Source of the DNA: a virus
Taxonomy: Duplodnaviria; Heunggongvirae; Uroviricota; Caudoviricetes
Reading direction: 5' to 3' (one strand)
DNA length: 52,982 bases
Virus record (IMG/VR): IMGVR_UViG_2558860288_000010
The position numbers and the translations under genes were made by a program. Below the pieces are notes generated by a model. The model saw only the letters and a list, made by a program, of their open reading frames with translations, was not told where the DNA came from and ran no database searches. Each line of letters begins with the position of its first letter. The first letter of the stretch is position 1. This document shows, piece after piece, positions 40,367 to 49,792 of this stretch.

Positions 40367-40621
40367 CTATTTAAATTCAACTTTTATCCCTTTGTTTAGC
40401 AGGGCATCAGAAACTGCCTTTTTTGTAACATTTATCCCTGCAAGCAATGCTTTATGCATTGGTCCCTTAAAAATTTCTACTTCTTCTTCAGTGAGTTTAG
40501 GCAATGTAATATAAATAACATCTTTCATCTGCTTGTTTTTATAGCATGAGCTTCTTGTGTGCTTACAATCGATATTTTCTTTATTTCCCAAAACATCATC
40601 CCCTTTATAATTCAGTTCCAC
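40367..40621 (-). CDS. Hypothetical small AT-rich protein
   Basis: ORF with alternative start and no clear RBS; lies between ren and the inserted reverse-oriented gene. Confidence 0.25.
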   Translation of the reverse strand: MELNYKGDDVLGNKENIDCKHTRSSCYKNKQMKDVIYITLPKLTEEEVEIFKGPMHKALLAGINVTKKAVSDALLNKGIKVEFK

Positions 40622-40685
40622 ACATCAATTATTTAGTTATCACGAATGTCGTAAAACTAAAATTAGTAACAATAATTGCTCATAC

Positions 40686-40973
40686 CTACTCTCTTCCATA
40701 TAAAGCCAACACCCGCTTCATCGCGGCACTTTGACGACACTCCTTAAAAATCAGATTCGTGCTCACCTTTCCTTCCCGTTCTTCTCTGGTAGCGAACCGG
40801 TAATACACCGTTCGCCAGACCTTACCATCAACGACCAGGATTCCTGACCGCGCCATTTTAGCCGCAGCCTGATTTATGCTGGTTACGGTTGCGCCTGTTA
40901 CCGCGGCAACGTCCTGCGCACAGAAGTTCTTATGAGTCCCCAGGTAATGAATAATTGCCTCTTTGCCCGTCAT
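40686..40973 (-). CDS. ren: Ren protein
   Basis: MTGKEAIIHYLGTHKNFCAQDVAAVTGATVTSINQAAAKMAR... is near-identical to lambda Ren as recalled. Confidence 0.85.
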   Translation of the reverse strand: MTGKEAIIHYLGTHKNFCAQDVAAVTGATVTSINQAAAKMARSGILVVDGKVWRTVYYRFATREEREGKVSTNLIFKECRQSAAMKRVLALYGRE

Positions 40974-41671
40974 ACACTTGCTCCTTTCAGCCCAAACTTA
41001 GCTTTGATTTCTGCGATCTTCGCCAGAGCCTGTGCACGATTTAGAGGTCTACCGCCCATAACAGGAAGTTGTTTTACTGGTTCAGGTATCGTCTCACCAC
41101 GGTTAATTCGCGCTGTCATACAGGTCAGTTCATCGGCAGCCTTGCGCCGTAATTCCGCGTCAGTCAGCGCATTGGCTCGCATGTTCTGGTACAGGTTGGT
41201 AACCAGCCAGTAGTGCGCGTTTGATTTCCACGGATAAGACTCTGCATCCGGATACAGCCCGCGCTTCCGGCAATACTCGTAAACCATATCAACCAGCTCG
41301 CTGGCGTTTGGCAGCCCGGCGGTAACGGATGCTTCTTCCCGGCACCAGGCGACAAACTGCCCGGGTGATGGCAGGAATGGTCGATTCTGCCGACGGGCTA
41401 CGCGCATTCCTGCGTTAACCTGTTCCATTGTGGTGATCCCGTTTTCCCGGAAAGCCAGAACCCACTGGCGGCGGATTTCGTTCAGTTCATTCTGGTCACG
41501 GTTAGCCAGGCTCGCCGGGAAAGTTGCCAGTAACTGGCTGAACACACCGTTGATGATCTGCGCTACCTGCTGTACCTGCGGCTTTTCGTCGTACTGTTCC
41601 GGCATGTTGTTGGCGATCCGACGCATCTGCTCACGGTCAAAGTTAACCATCTGTGCGGCGATGTTTTTCAT
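40970..41671 (-). CDS. P: Replication protein P (helicase loader)
   Basis: 233 aa, MKNIAAQMVNFDREQMRRIANNMPEQYDEKPQVQQVAQ... is near-identical to lambda P as recalled. Confidence 0.9.
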   Translation of the reverse strand: MKNIAAQMVNFDREQMRRIANNMPEQYDEKPQVQQVAQIINGVFSQLLATFPASLANRDQNELNEIRRQWVLAFRENGITTMEQVNAGMRVARRQNRPFLPSPGQFVAWCREEASVTAGLPNASELVDMVYEYCRKRGLYPDAESYPWKSNAHYWLVTNLYQNMRANALTDAELRRKAADELTCMTARINRGETIPEPVKQLPVMGGRPLNRAQALAKIAEIKAKFGLKGASV

Positions 41672-42597
41672 AAATCCACCCCGTAAATCCAGTCAGTGTT
41701 TGTCAGGTCGAGTTTTGGTTTGCTGGCTATCATGCCTGCCTGTTGCTTGTTACGGTTGATTTCGAGCTGGGTCCACTTGTCGCGGAGTTTGGCCGGACTC
41801 AGCACGTTACCGGACCAGAAGTTGTCCTGGCATGCCCAGCGGAACAGTACACACATGTCGCGGTGGTTACGTCCGTCACGTTCACGCATCAGGCGGATAT
41901 CGTTAGCCCACCCTGCAAAATTCGGTTTTCTGGCTGATGGCGCGATGGTCTTCACCATGTCAAACATCCACTCTGCGGCGGTCAGGTCTTCTGCTGTCCC
42001 CCACTTGCTGCCGCTCTGAATTGCAGCATCCGGTTTCACCACAGGAAGATCGTTTTCTGGTTGGTCAGAGGATTCGCCAGAATTCTCGGACGAAAAAGGT
42101 TTTATATTGTCTTTTGTTAGTTTGTCTTTTGTGTTTACCTGATTCGGGTAAACGCCTTTACCTGATTTGGGTAAACTTTTTTTACCTGATTCAGGTAAAT
42201 TTACCTCTTTCAGGTAAACTTTATTTTTCTTACCTGATTCGGGTAATGTTGACCATTCACTGACCACATTATTAATGCCGGTATTCCGCCCGCTCTGAAT
42301 AAAAATCCCACGCTTTACCAGAACACTTTTTGCAGCAGAACACTTGTGCGGCAATATCCCGGTTAACTCGGAAAGTTGCTCGTTGCTCACCCAATCCAGT
42401 TTTTTATTAAAGCCATATGTTTTGCGCATGACAGCCAGGAAGACCAGAAGCTGGTGCTGTGTTAATCCGGCCAGCATTACAGCTTCCAGCAACTCATTTG
42501 CAATGCGCGTATAACCATCATCGAGATCTGCCACGCGCGGCTCCTTTTGTGCCACATCCGGCACTGGAAAATTGAATATCTCAGCAGTGTTTGCCAT
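41668..42597 (-). CDS. O: Replication initiator, O-like, with ori iterons inside the coding sequence
   Basis: N-terminus ...RVADLDDGYTRIANELLEA...LLVFLAVMRKTYGFNKK resembles lambda O. Probable ATG at 42597; the track ORF extends to 42687. Confidence 0.7.
   Translation of the reverse strand: MANTAEIFNFPVPDVAQKEPRVADLDDGYTRIANELLEAVMLAGLTQHQLLVFLAVMRKTYGFNKKLDWVSNEQLSELTGILPHKCSAAKSVLVKRGIFIQSGRNTGINNVVSEWSTLPESGKKNKVYLKEVNLPESGKKSLPKSGKGVYPNQVNTKDKLTKDNIKPFSSENSGESSDQPENDLPVVKPDAAIQSGSKWGTAEDLTAAEWMFDMVKTIAPSARKPNFAGWANDIRLMRERDGRNHRDMCVLFRWACQDNFWSGNVLSPAKLRDKWTQLEINRNKQQAGMIASKPKLDLTNTDWIYGVDL
42135..42247. repeat. Origin iterons: five copies of about 19 bp TTACCTGATTCGGGTAAAC
   Basis: Counted directly at 42135, 42158, 42181, 42201 and 42229; each unit is itself an inverted repeat (TTACC...GGTAA). 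An AT-rich tract lies at 42100..42134. Confidence 0.7.
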
Positions 42598-42683
42598 AAT
42601 TCCTCCCGCAATGAGTGCGTTACGATTTGCACCTGAAAGTCGGCTCTGTTCCCGCAGACCGGCTTTCGCCATTTTTGAACCTG

Positions 42684-43229
42684 TCATATTGCCCCCAGCA
42701 TGGCGGTGACCATCGCCATCAATGGACCAGCCAGATCCGGGTCCACTCGAAACATCGACACAATGCCTTCACTCATCTCCTTCAGTTTCTGGTGGCGTGG
42801 TGCGTTGAGAATGACCGCCTGCTTTGCCTCACAGAGTTCCTTTTCCATTTCAGCCAGCCGAGCCATGAAGCTATCCTGCTCAACCAGGTGGCCGCGATAT
42901 TCCAGCGGTAGTACCGCCAGAATTGCCGGGGTCAGTTCACGCACGTTATTTCGGTATTTTTCAGAATCGAATTTGTTATCGAGGAAGCGGAACAGCTTCT
43001 GGCGTGCACGGCTGACATCATCAGGGAAATCGATAGTGCCGCCGCCCTGCTCCCGATACTCATTCACAATGAGTGTGGCAACGACATCCTGATTATCTTC
43101 AGCCGACCAGGCGCGGACGGCATCACGGATTTTTTCGTGGCCTGGCACCTGTTTTGTTTGAGAACGATTTATCACCGCAGTCGGGCTAAATCCGCTAGTC
43201 TGTTGGTATGTAAGTGGTTGCATAGTCAT
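42684..43229 (-). CDS. CII-like / YdaT-like early regulatory protein (putative)
   Basis: 181-aa ORF in the cII position between cro and O; ATG start. Confidence 0.35.
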   Translation of the reverse strand: MTMQPLTYQQTSGFSPTAVINRSQTKQVPGHEKIRDAVRAWSAEDNQDVVATLIVNEYREQGGGTIDFPDDVSRARQKLFRFLDNKFDSEKYRNNVRELTPAILAVLPLEYRGHLVEQDSFMARLAEMEKELCEAKQAVILNAPRHQKLKEMSEGIVSMFRVDPDLAGPLMAMVTAMLGAI

Positions 43230-43253
43230 TGCCTTATCAGTTAACGCCGCAGA

Positions 43254-43481
43254 TTAGGCGGCAGAATTACTCGCGTTAAACAATGGTGCGAGGTCGGGAC
43301 GAATATCTGCTGGTTTAATCTTTCCACCAGTGGCTGAGACAATTTTCATTACATAGCGGGCATCAATTCCGCCACCGTGTAGCCAACGCCAAACAGTGGG
43401 CTGGGCTACACCGCATAGATCTGCCAGTCGTTTTTGACTACCTGTAATACTGATTGCGAGTTGAATGGTTTGATTTGTCAT
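43254..43481 (-). CDS. cro: Cro-like HTH repressor
   Basis: MTNQTIQLAISITGSQKRLADLCGVAQPTVWRWL... is an HTH, divergent from cI. ATG at 43481. Confidence 0.6.
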   Translation of the reverse strand: MTNQTIQLAISITGSQKRLADLCGVAQPTVWRWLHGGGIDARYVMKIVSATGGKIKPADIRPDLAPLFNASNSAA

Positions 43482-43514
43482 TATCAATTCCTATTGGTAT
43501 TACAATGAATAAAT

Positions 43515-43579
43515 AATAGCAATACGTATTAACCATAACAATAGCAAAACGTGTTTTGACCATCAATACGCAAGCGTAT
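43515..43579. promoter_or_regulatory. Divergent cI/cro operator-promoter region
   Basis: Three dyad-symmetric sites: AATACGTATT (43521..43530), AAAACGTGTTTT (43546..43557) and ATACGCAAGCGTAT (43566..43579), with ATAGCAA(T/A)A half-site-like motifs. Confidence 0.5.
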
Positions 43580-43591
43580 AAATTAAAACTT

Positions 43592-44284
43592 ATGAAAAAA
43601 GAAACTCTTGCTGATCGCTTAAACCTAGCGATGGAACAATCTGGAATGTCTCAAGGCGCTCTTGCAAAGGCGTCTGGCGTAGCTCAACCCACAATCTGGA
43701 GACTGACAAGCGGCAACGCGCGCGGCTCAACAAAAATTGTTGAAATAGCTAATGCATTGGGTGTTCGAACAGAGTGGCTCTCATCAGGCATAGGCCCGAT
43801 GAGAAATGACGGTCAACAATTAGGGAAGCCTACTGCCAACCATCCCAAATACTTCAAGATTGACGTTCTTGACATAGAAGTAAGCGCTGGTCCTGGTGTC
43901 ATTAACCGCGAATTCGTAGAAGTTCTACGTTCAGTTGAGTACTCCCAGGACGATGCTCGCCATATGTTCGATGGCAGGAAGGCGGAAAATATCCGCATCA
44001 TTAACGTGCGCGGTGACAGTATGTCAGGGACGATCGAACCTGGTGACCTGCTGTTCGTTGATATCACAGTTAAATCTTTCGATGGCGATGGTATCTATGC
44101 GTTCCTGTACGACGACACAGCCCATGTTAAGCGCCTACAAATGATGAAGGACAAGCTATTGGTTATCTCTGATAACAAGAGCTACTCACCGTGGGACCCG
44201 ATCGAGAAAGACGAGATGAACCGGGTGTTTATCTTCGGGAAAGTCATTGGAAGCATGCCGCAGACGTATAGGAAGCATGGGTAG
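43592..44284 (+). CDS. cI: CI-type prophage repressor (HTH plus S24 LexA-like peptidase domain)
   Basis: N-terminal HTH (MSQGALAKASGVAQPTIWRL) and C-terminal autocleavage region with GDSM. ATG at 43592, with no obvious RBS, lies 13 nt after the last operator palindrome. The track start at 43556 is TTG inside the operators. Confidence 0.8.
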   Translation: MKKETLADRLNLAMEQSGMSQGALAKASGVAQPTIWRLTSGNARGSTKIVEIANALGVRTEWLSSGIGPMRNDGQQLGKPTANHPKYFKIDVLDIEVSAGPGVINREFVEVLRSVEYSQDDARHMFDGRKAENIRIINVRGDSMSGTIEPGDLLFVDITVKSFDGDGIYAFLYDDTAHVKRLQMMKDKLLVISDNKSYSPWDPIEKDEMNRVFIFGKVIGSMPQTYRKHG

Positions 44285-44386
44285 TTTTATTGCTAATGTT
44301 ATGTGTTTGTGAGATAGGCCAAATATAGTTGGCCACGGGACAAATTGTATGAGCGTATATTTATAGGAAAAACGGAAGCCATTACA

Positions 44387-44803
44387 ATGAATGGAAATAT
44401 ACATGCTGATTATTTTAAGTGGTGGTGTGGGACAGTTATAGTTGGTGCGATCCCAATTATAATTAGATTGATTTCATTCATGATTATAAAAAAAGACATT
44501 GAGCTTTTTAATATTACTGAGTTAGTATGCTTTGGTTTCGCCATACAAATATCAAGCATTTACTTTGGCATTGGTAAACCGAGTTTCAAAAGTGAAAATA
44601 AATTCATAGTAAATACAACCTTCTCCATTATTTTTATAGTGATTTTCTCTACTATATACATAATAAGCATGTTGGCAGAGGAACTTTTGGATTTAACATT
44701 CACCAAGATACTAGTAATAATTACATGCTTAATATCGCTATATATTGGACAAAACTCCGTTCAATGTGCTATTATAAATAATGATATTTTAACCAAGGAG
44801 TGA
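44387..44803 (+). CDS. Four-pass membrane protein (138 aa), first gene of the rex-slot cassette
   Basis: ATG at 44387. Hydrophobic segments VIVGAIPIIIRLISFMII, LVCFGFAIQISSIYFGI, TFSIIFIVIFSTIYIISML and ILVIITCLISLYIG. Very AT-rich. Confidence 0.5.
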   Translation: MNGNIHADYFKWWCGTVIVGAIPIIIRLISFMIIKKDIELFNITELVCFGFAIQISSIYFGIGKPSFKSENKFIVNTTFSIIFIVIFSTIYIISMLAEELLDLTFTKILVIITCLISLYIGQNSVQCAIINNDILTKE

Positions 44804-44805
44804 TT

Positions 44806-44982
44806 ATGTATTATTTAATGATCTTGCTCTTTATAATAACAGTTATCATTCCTGTATATCTTGCATTTCTCTCAAGAAATAACCTCAAAAAATATAAAGA
44901 CGCACTAGCGTCCATTGAAAACATAAGAAAGAAAAATAGTGAGCATTTTGCCGAGAAAGCAAAAGCACTTAGATATCGATAA
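44806..44982 (+). CDS. Small single-pass membrane protein (58 aa)
   Basis: ATG at 44806 with a strong AAGGAG RBS; translation MYYLMILLFIITVIIPVYLAFL then a charged tail. Confidence 0.45.
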   Translation: MYYLMILLFIITVIIPVYLAFLSRNNLKKYKDALASIENIRKKNSEHFAEKAKALRYR

Positions 44983-44993
44983 CAGGTATTACT

Positions 44994-45896
44994 ATGTCGT
45001 TAAAAAATATAATTTACATTGATTACGAAAAAGTTTACTCCCTCAGTTCACAGTTATTCGAAGGAGTTGTTCAATCAGCCGTAGAAGAGCAGGCATCAAC
45101 GCTATCAAACTCTGATGCGGTCGAGGTCAAAACGCAGACAAAATCTAGTAATACTAGTGATACAAATAAGCTATCGACTGTTATAAACCCGCATGACTAC
45201 CATTACTTGAAATTTGAAAAAGAACTGTTTCATAGAGGACTCATCAAATCAATCTCCTCTGGGGATTTTTATCCAGAGGAGATTGAATCAGGACAATTCG
45301 TAAAAATAAAATGTGCTATTGAAATTAATGATTATAAAAAACTAAAAGATACCACTAAAAATTTTACTGACCTTGGATATGCTATTCATTATGTTCACAA
45401 ACATGATGAATTAGAAAATATTGACATCTTGATTTCTGATAAGACAGCAAAGCCAAATGTAAAAAAAGATTTAAAAATACTTCGCGATAATTTATTAGAA
45501 CAAATAAAAGAAAGTGCCATGAAAAACAAAAAAGCTTTCTTTGACAACCTATCAATTGTTTTAAATTATGCTTATGGAGATGAGCTTGAAATATCACAAA
45601 AAATTAATGATTACAAATTTACATCTTTCTTAATTCGGGGATTTTTAAAGCTAACGCCAGAAATGTTAGTGAAACTATACTCCAGAAAAACGACCAGAGA
45701 ATTTACTATTGTTGGTATAGTAACGCAATCAGGTAAAGATACAATCAATAATACAGACTCAGAAAGAGCAATGATTGATATACGAAGTGCAGCATGGAAC
45801 ATGAATGATGCATTAGCAAATATCGAGTCAACGTTCTGTAAACCAACAGAAAATGAGTTTTTCATAGAACCTATCGCGTTGTACTCAGAAATTTAA
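44994..45896 (+). CDS. Hypothetical soluble protein (300 aa), third gene of the rex-slot cassette
   Basis: ATG start; AT-rich; no motif recognised; followed by a terminator. Confidence 0.55.
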   Translation: MSLKNIIYIDYEKVYSLSSQLFEGVVQSAVEEQASTLSNSDAVEVKTQTKSSNTSDTNKLSTVINPHDYHYLKFEKELFHRGLIKSISSGDFYPEEIESGQFVKIKCAIEINDYKKLKDTTKNFTDLGYAIHYVHKHDELENIDILISDKTAKPNVKKDLKILRDNLLEQIKESAMKNKKAFFDNLSIVLNYAYGDELEISQKINDYKFTSFLIRGFLKLTPEMLVKLYSRKTTREFTIVGIVTQSGKDTINNTDSERAMIDIRSAAWNMNDALANIESTFCKPTENEFFIEPIALYSEI

Positions 45897-45905
45897 TCAT
45901 TTGCA

Positions 45906-45932
45906 CCCGGCCACCGCGCCGGGTTTTCTTTT
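45906..45932 (+). terminator. Rho-independent terminator after the cassette
   Basis: cccggc-caccgc-gccggg stem-loop followed by ttttctttt. Confidence 0.6.
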
Positions 45933-46055
45933 GTTCCCTCCCCTCATCACACAAACCGTTCGAAAAACCACCACAACCTCCCTTCAGTTATCGCTATGCG
46001 ATGCAAGTCACAAAATTAATTCTTTTTGCTATCAAACAGTTAATATCAAAACACA

Positions 46056-46100
46056 TCAATCAATAGCAATAAGTATTGATACAACCATAGCAATAGCTAT
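46056..46100. promoter_or_regulatory. Candidate OL/pL operator region
   Basis: Dyads TCAATAgcaataagTATTGA (46060..46079) and ATAGCaataGCTAT (46087..46100) carry the same ATAGCAATA motif as the cI/cro operators; positioned upstream of the kil-gam-bet-exo block. Confidence 0.35.
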
Positions 46101-46296
46101 TATCACCATGTCGCAACAACACAACGATACGGCAACCACCTGATTCACCGTTGCGATGACCGCTTAGATCCGCAGCTTGAATTTCAGCAGGCTCCGGGGA
46201 GTGCGAGGGGTGAAGCGGACGCGTGAACGTCGGTGTGACCAGCTGAAATCAACTCAACACTTCATACCTTAGTCGCTTCAACGAGGCGGCTTAGTT

Positions 46297-46587
46297 ATGA
46301 CAACCGGCGGCCATCCACCGCCTGAATACGCGCAGAAGTCTCTATATGTTCAGCAGCCCAGCTTACGGGCAGGAGTTTTTATGGTTCATCAACATTACGG
46401 AACGCAGACCGTTAATCGAGGTGCGGTCATGCCAGGAATGCTGGTCAAACACAAAGATGGTACCTGGACTGCATCAGCTAATTTACGCGGACGGCTATAT
46501 CTGCATCGCGGCATCGAGCGCACTTATACCCGTGATTTGCTCGTGGAAGTTTTTCTCGACGGACGCGGTAACGGCCTGAATCACTAA
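46297..46587 (+). CDS. Hypothetical protein upstream of gam (kil/cIII position)
   Basis: 96-aa ORF; an overlapping 77-aa ORF in another frame (46346..46579) means the correct frame is uncertain. Confidence 0.25.
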   Translation: MTTGGHPPPEYAQKSLYVQQPSLRAGVFMVHQHYGTQTVNRGAVMPGMLVKHKDGTWTASANLRGRLYLHRGIERTYTRDLLVEVFLDGRGNGLNH

Positions 46588-46662
46588 TCCCCTTTCCTGT
46601 TTTCCTAATCAGCCTGGCATTTCGCGGGCGATATTTTCACAGCCATTTTCAGGAGTTCAGCC

Positions 46663-46959
46663 ATGAACGCTTATTACATTCAGGATCGTCTTGAGGCTCA
46701 GAGCTGGGCACGTCACTACCAGCAGATCGCCCGTGAAGAGAAAGAGGCAGAACTGGCAGACAACATGGAAAAAGGTCTTCCACAGCACCTGTTTGAATCA
46801 CTCTGCATCGATCATTTGCAACGCTGCGGGGCCAGCAAAAAAGCCATTACCCGTGCGTTTGATGACGATGTTGAGTTTCAGGAGCGCATGGCAGAACACA
46901 TCCGGTACATGGTTGAAACCATTGCTCACCACCAGGTTGATATTGATTCAGAGGTATAA
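46663..46959 (+). CDS. gam: Gam (RecBCD inhibitor), short form
   Basis: [33 protein letters not shown]...[10 protein letters not shown] is near-identical to lambda GamS as recalled. Confidence 0.9.
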   Translation: MNAYYIQDRLEAQSWARHYQQIAREEKEAELADNMEKGLPQHLFESLCIDHLQRCGASKKAITRAFDDDVEFQERMAEHIRYMVETIAHHQVDIDSEV

Positions 46960-46964
46960 AACGG

Positions 46965-47750
46965 ATGAGTACAGCACTCGCAACGCTGGCAGGGAAGCTG
47001 GCTGAACGTGTCGGCATGGATTCTGTCGACCCACAGGAACTGATCACCACTCTTCGCCAGACGGCATTTAAAGGTGATGCCAGCGATGCGCAGTTCATCG
47101 CATTGTTGATCGTCGCCAACCAGTACGGCCTTAATCCGTGGACGAAAGAAATTTACGCCTTCCCTGATAAGCAGAACGGCATCGTTCCTGTGGTGGGCGT
47201 TGATGGCTGGTCCCGCATCATCAATGAAAACCAGCAGTTTGATGGCATGGACTTTGAGCAGGACAATGAATCCTGTACATGCCGGATTTACCGCAAGGAC
47301 CGTAATCATCCGATCTGCGTTACCGAATGGATGGATGAATGCCGCCGCGAACCATTCAAAACTCGCGAAGGCAGAGAAATCACGGGGCCGTGGCAGTCGC
47401 ATCCCAAACGGATGTTACGGCATAAAGCCATGATTCAGTGTGCCCGTCTGGCCTTCGGATTTGCTGGTATCTATGACAAGGATGAAGCCGAGCGCATTGT
47501 CGAAAATACCGCATACACTGCAGAACGTCAGCCGGAACGCGACATCACTCCGGTTAACGATGAAACCATGCAGGAGATTAACACTCTGCTGATCGCCCTG
47601 GATAAAACATGGGATGACGACTTATTGCCGCTCTGTTCCCAGATATTTCGCCGCGACATTCGCGCATCGTCAGAACTGACACAGGCCGAAGCAGTGAAAG
47701 CTCTTGGATTCCTGAAACAGAAAGCCACTGAGCAGAAGGTGGCAGCATGA
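46965..47750 (+). CDS. bet: Bet (Red-beta single-strand annealing protein)
   Basis: [48 protein letters not shown]... matches lambda Bet as recalled. Confidence 0.9.
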   Translation: MSTALATLAGKLAERVGMDSVDPQELITTLRQTAFKGDASDAQFIALLIVANQYGLNPWTKEIYAFPDKQNGIVPVVGVDGWSRIINENQQFDGMDFEQDNESCTCRIYRKDRNHPICVTEWMDECRREPFKTREGREITGPWQSHPKRMLRHKAMIQCARLAFGFAGIYDKDEAERIVENTAYTAERQPERDITPVNDETMQEINTLLIALDKTWDDDLLPLCSQIFRRDIRASSELTQAEAVKALGFLKQKATEQKVAA

Positions 47751-48427
47751 CACCGGACATTATACTGCAGCGTACCGGGATCGACGTGAGAGCTGTCGAA
47801 CAGGGGGATGATGCATGGCACAAATTACGGCTCGGCGTCATCACCGCTTCAGAAGTTCACAATGTGATAGCAAAGCCCCGCTCAGGAAAGAAGTGGCCTG
47901 ACATGAAAATGTCCTACTTCCACACCCTGCTGGCTGAGGTTTGCACCGGTGTGGCTCCGGAAGTTAATGCTAAGGCGCTGGCCTGGGGAAAACAGTACGA
48001 GAACGACGCCAGGGCCCTGTTTGAGTTTACTTCCGGCGTGAATGTTACTGAATCCCCGATCATCTATCGCGACGAAAGTATGCGTACCGCCTGCTCTCCA
48101 GATGGTTTATGCAGTGATGGCAACGGCCTTGAACTGAAATGCCCGTTTACCTCCCGGGATTTCATGAAATTCCGGCTCGGTGGTTTCGAGGCCATAAAGT
48201 CGGCTTACATGGCCCAGGTGCAGTACAGCATGTGGGTGACGCGAAAAGATGCCTGGTACTTTGCCAACTATGACCCGCGAATGAAGCGTGAAGGCCTGCA
48301 TTATGTCGTGGTTGAGCGGGATGAAAAGTACATGGCGAGTTTTGACGAGATGGTGCCGGAGTTCATCGAAAAAATGGACGAGGCACTGGCTGAAATTGGT
48401 TTTGTATTTGGGGAGCAATGGCGATGA
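47747..48427 (+). CDS. exo: Exo (Red-alpha 5'-3' exonuclease)
   Basis: [40 protein letters not shown]... matches lambda Exo as recalled. Confidence 0.9.
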   Translation: MTPDIILQRTGIDVRAVEQGDDAWHKLRLGVITASEVHNVIAKPRSGKKWPDMKMSYFHTLLAEVCTGVAPEVNAKALAWGKQYENDARALFEFTSGVNVTESPIIYRDESMRTACSPDGLCSDGNGLELKCPFTSRDFMKFRLGGFEAIKSAYMAQVQYSMWVTRKDAWYFANYDPRMKREGLHYVVVERDEKYMASFDEMVPEFIEKMDEALAEIGFVFGEQWR

Positions 48428-48580
48428 AGCATACTCACGATAATATCCGGGTAGGCGCGATCACTTTCGTCTACTCCGTTACAAAGCGAGGCTGGGTATT
48501 TCCCGGCCTTTCTGTTATCCGAAATCCACTGAAAGCCCAGCGGCTGGCTGAGGAGATAAATAATAAACGGGGGGCTGTAT
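48425..48580 (+). CDS. Small hypothetical protein (51 aa), not in the ORF track
   Basis: ATG at 48425 overlapping the exo stop; its stop overlaps the methyltransferase start. Confidence 0.3.
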
Positions 48581-49136
48581 GACTGATTTCACCGGAAGCA
48601 ATACTCCTGCAGAACATCGCGACAGCTGGTGCACACCACCAGAGATTTTTGCTGCGCTTAATGCAGAGTTCGTTTTTCAACTTGATGCTGCAGCCAGTGA
48701 AAAAAACCGACTATGTCGGCTTTTTATCTCACAGGAGCAGAACACATTAACCACTTCATGGCCTGAAGCAATGGGATATGCCTCTGGTTATGTCTGGCTG
48801 AATCCACCATACAGCAATATTTCCCCTTTTGTTAAAAAGGCAGCCACTGAAAACAAATTCAGTAGTGTGGGATGTGTAATGTTATTGCCTGCTGACACGT
48901 CTGTCGGATGGTTTCATGAAGCGATACAAACCGCCAGTGAGGTCAGATTCATCACGGCAGGACGACTGGCATTTATTAACCCACTCACCGGGAAACCCGT
49001 CAGTGGAAATAATAAAGGCTCGATGCTCATTATCTGGCACCCATACCCCCGTACACACTGCCACTTTACGACCGTTGATCGTGGAGAGTTGATAGCGTTC
49101 GGCTCAAGGATTCTTGCCCGTCGGGAGGCCGCATGA
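48579..49136 (+). CDS. Phage N6-adenine DNA methyltransferase (Dam-like)
   Basis: Catalytic motif WLNPPYSN (the NPPY/DPPY signature of N6-adenine methyltransferases); ATG start. Confidence 0.75.
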   Translation: MTDFTGSNTPAEHRDSWCTPPEIFAALNAEFVFQLDAAASEKNRLCRLFISQEQNTLTTSWPEAMGYASGYVWLNPPYSNISPFVKKAATENKFSSVGCVMLLPADTSVGWFHEAIQTASEVRFITAGRLAFINPLTGKPVSGNNKGSMLIIWHPYPRTHCHFTTVDRGELIAFGSRILARREAA

Positions 49137-49212
49137 CAACAACAGAATGCATTTTTCTGGCTGCGGGATTCATATTCTGTGTGCTTATGCTTGCCGACAT
49201 GGGACTTGTTCA

Positions 49213-49428
49213 GTGACACCTCAGCAGGAAAACGCCCTTCGCAGCATTGCCCGTCAGGCTAATGCTGAAATCAAAAAAGCCAGGCAGCAGTTTCCGGATA
49301 AAAACGTCGATGACATTTGCCGTAGCGTACTGAAGAAGCACCGCGAAACGGTAACGCTGATGGGATTCACACCGACTCATTTAAGCCTGGCGATCGGCAT
49401 GTTAAACGGCGTCTTTAAGGAGCGGTGA
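49213..49428 (+). CDS. Hypothetical protein (about 71 aa)
   Basis: Probable GTG start at 49213 overlapping the stop of a 27-codon hydrophobic micro-ORF (49133..49216); the track ORF begins at a TTG at 49114 inside the methyltransferase gene. Confidence 0.3.
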   Translation: MTPQQENALRSIARQANAEIKKARQQFPDKNVDDICRSVLKKHRETVTLMGFTPTHLSLAIGMLNGVFKER

Positions 49429-49526
49429 GCATGAAAAACAAAATCATCATGGAGCTACAGGCTCCTTTTTTATTATTCGCATTCACCCTCAAGCGTATTG
49501 ACCAACAATTCAGGGATTAATGAAAG

Positions 49527-49745
49527 ATGGCAGACATCATTGATTCAGCATCAGAAATTGAAGAATTACAGCGCAACACAGCAATAAAAATGCGCCGCCT
49601 GAACCACCAGGCTATATCTGCCACTCATTGTTGTGAGTGTGGCGATCCGATAGATGAACGAAGACGCCTGGCCGTTCAGGGTTGTCGGACTTGTGCAAGT
49701 TGCCAGGAGGAGATCGAACTTAAGAACAAACAATGGGGACTGTGA
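49527..49745 (+). CDS. TraR/DksA-family C4 zinc-finger protein
   Basis: Four Cys in CCECGDPIDERRRLAVQGCRTCASC and the small size typical of phage TraR-like proteins. Confidence 0.6.
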   Translation: MADIIDSASEIEELQRNTAIKMRRLNHQAISATHCCECGDPIDERRRLAVQGCRTCASCQEEIELKNKQWGL

Positions 49746-49792
49746 TGGCCTCAAAGCAGCAAATTTCAACATCGTCCAATTGAGGTGTAAAA

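Noticed and set aside
46297-46587. Assignment of the ORF upstream of gam as kil or cIII
   Set aside because: I could not match the translation to lambda Kil or CIII from memory, and an alternative overlapping frame exists; left as hypothetical.
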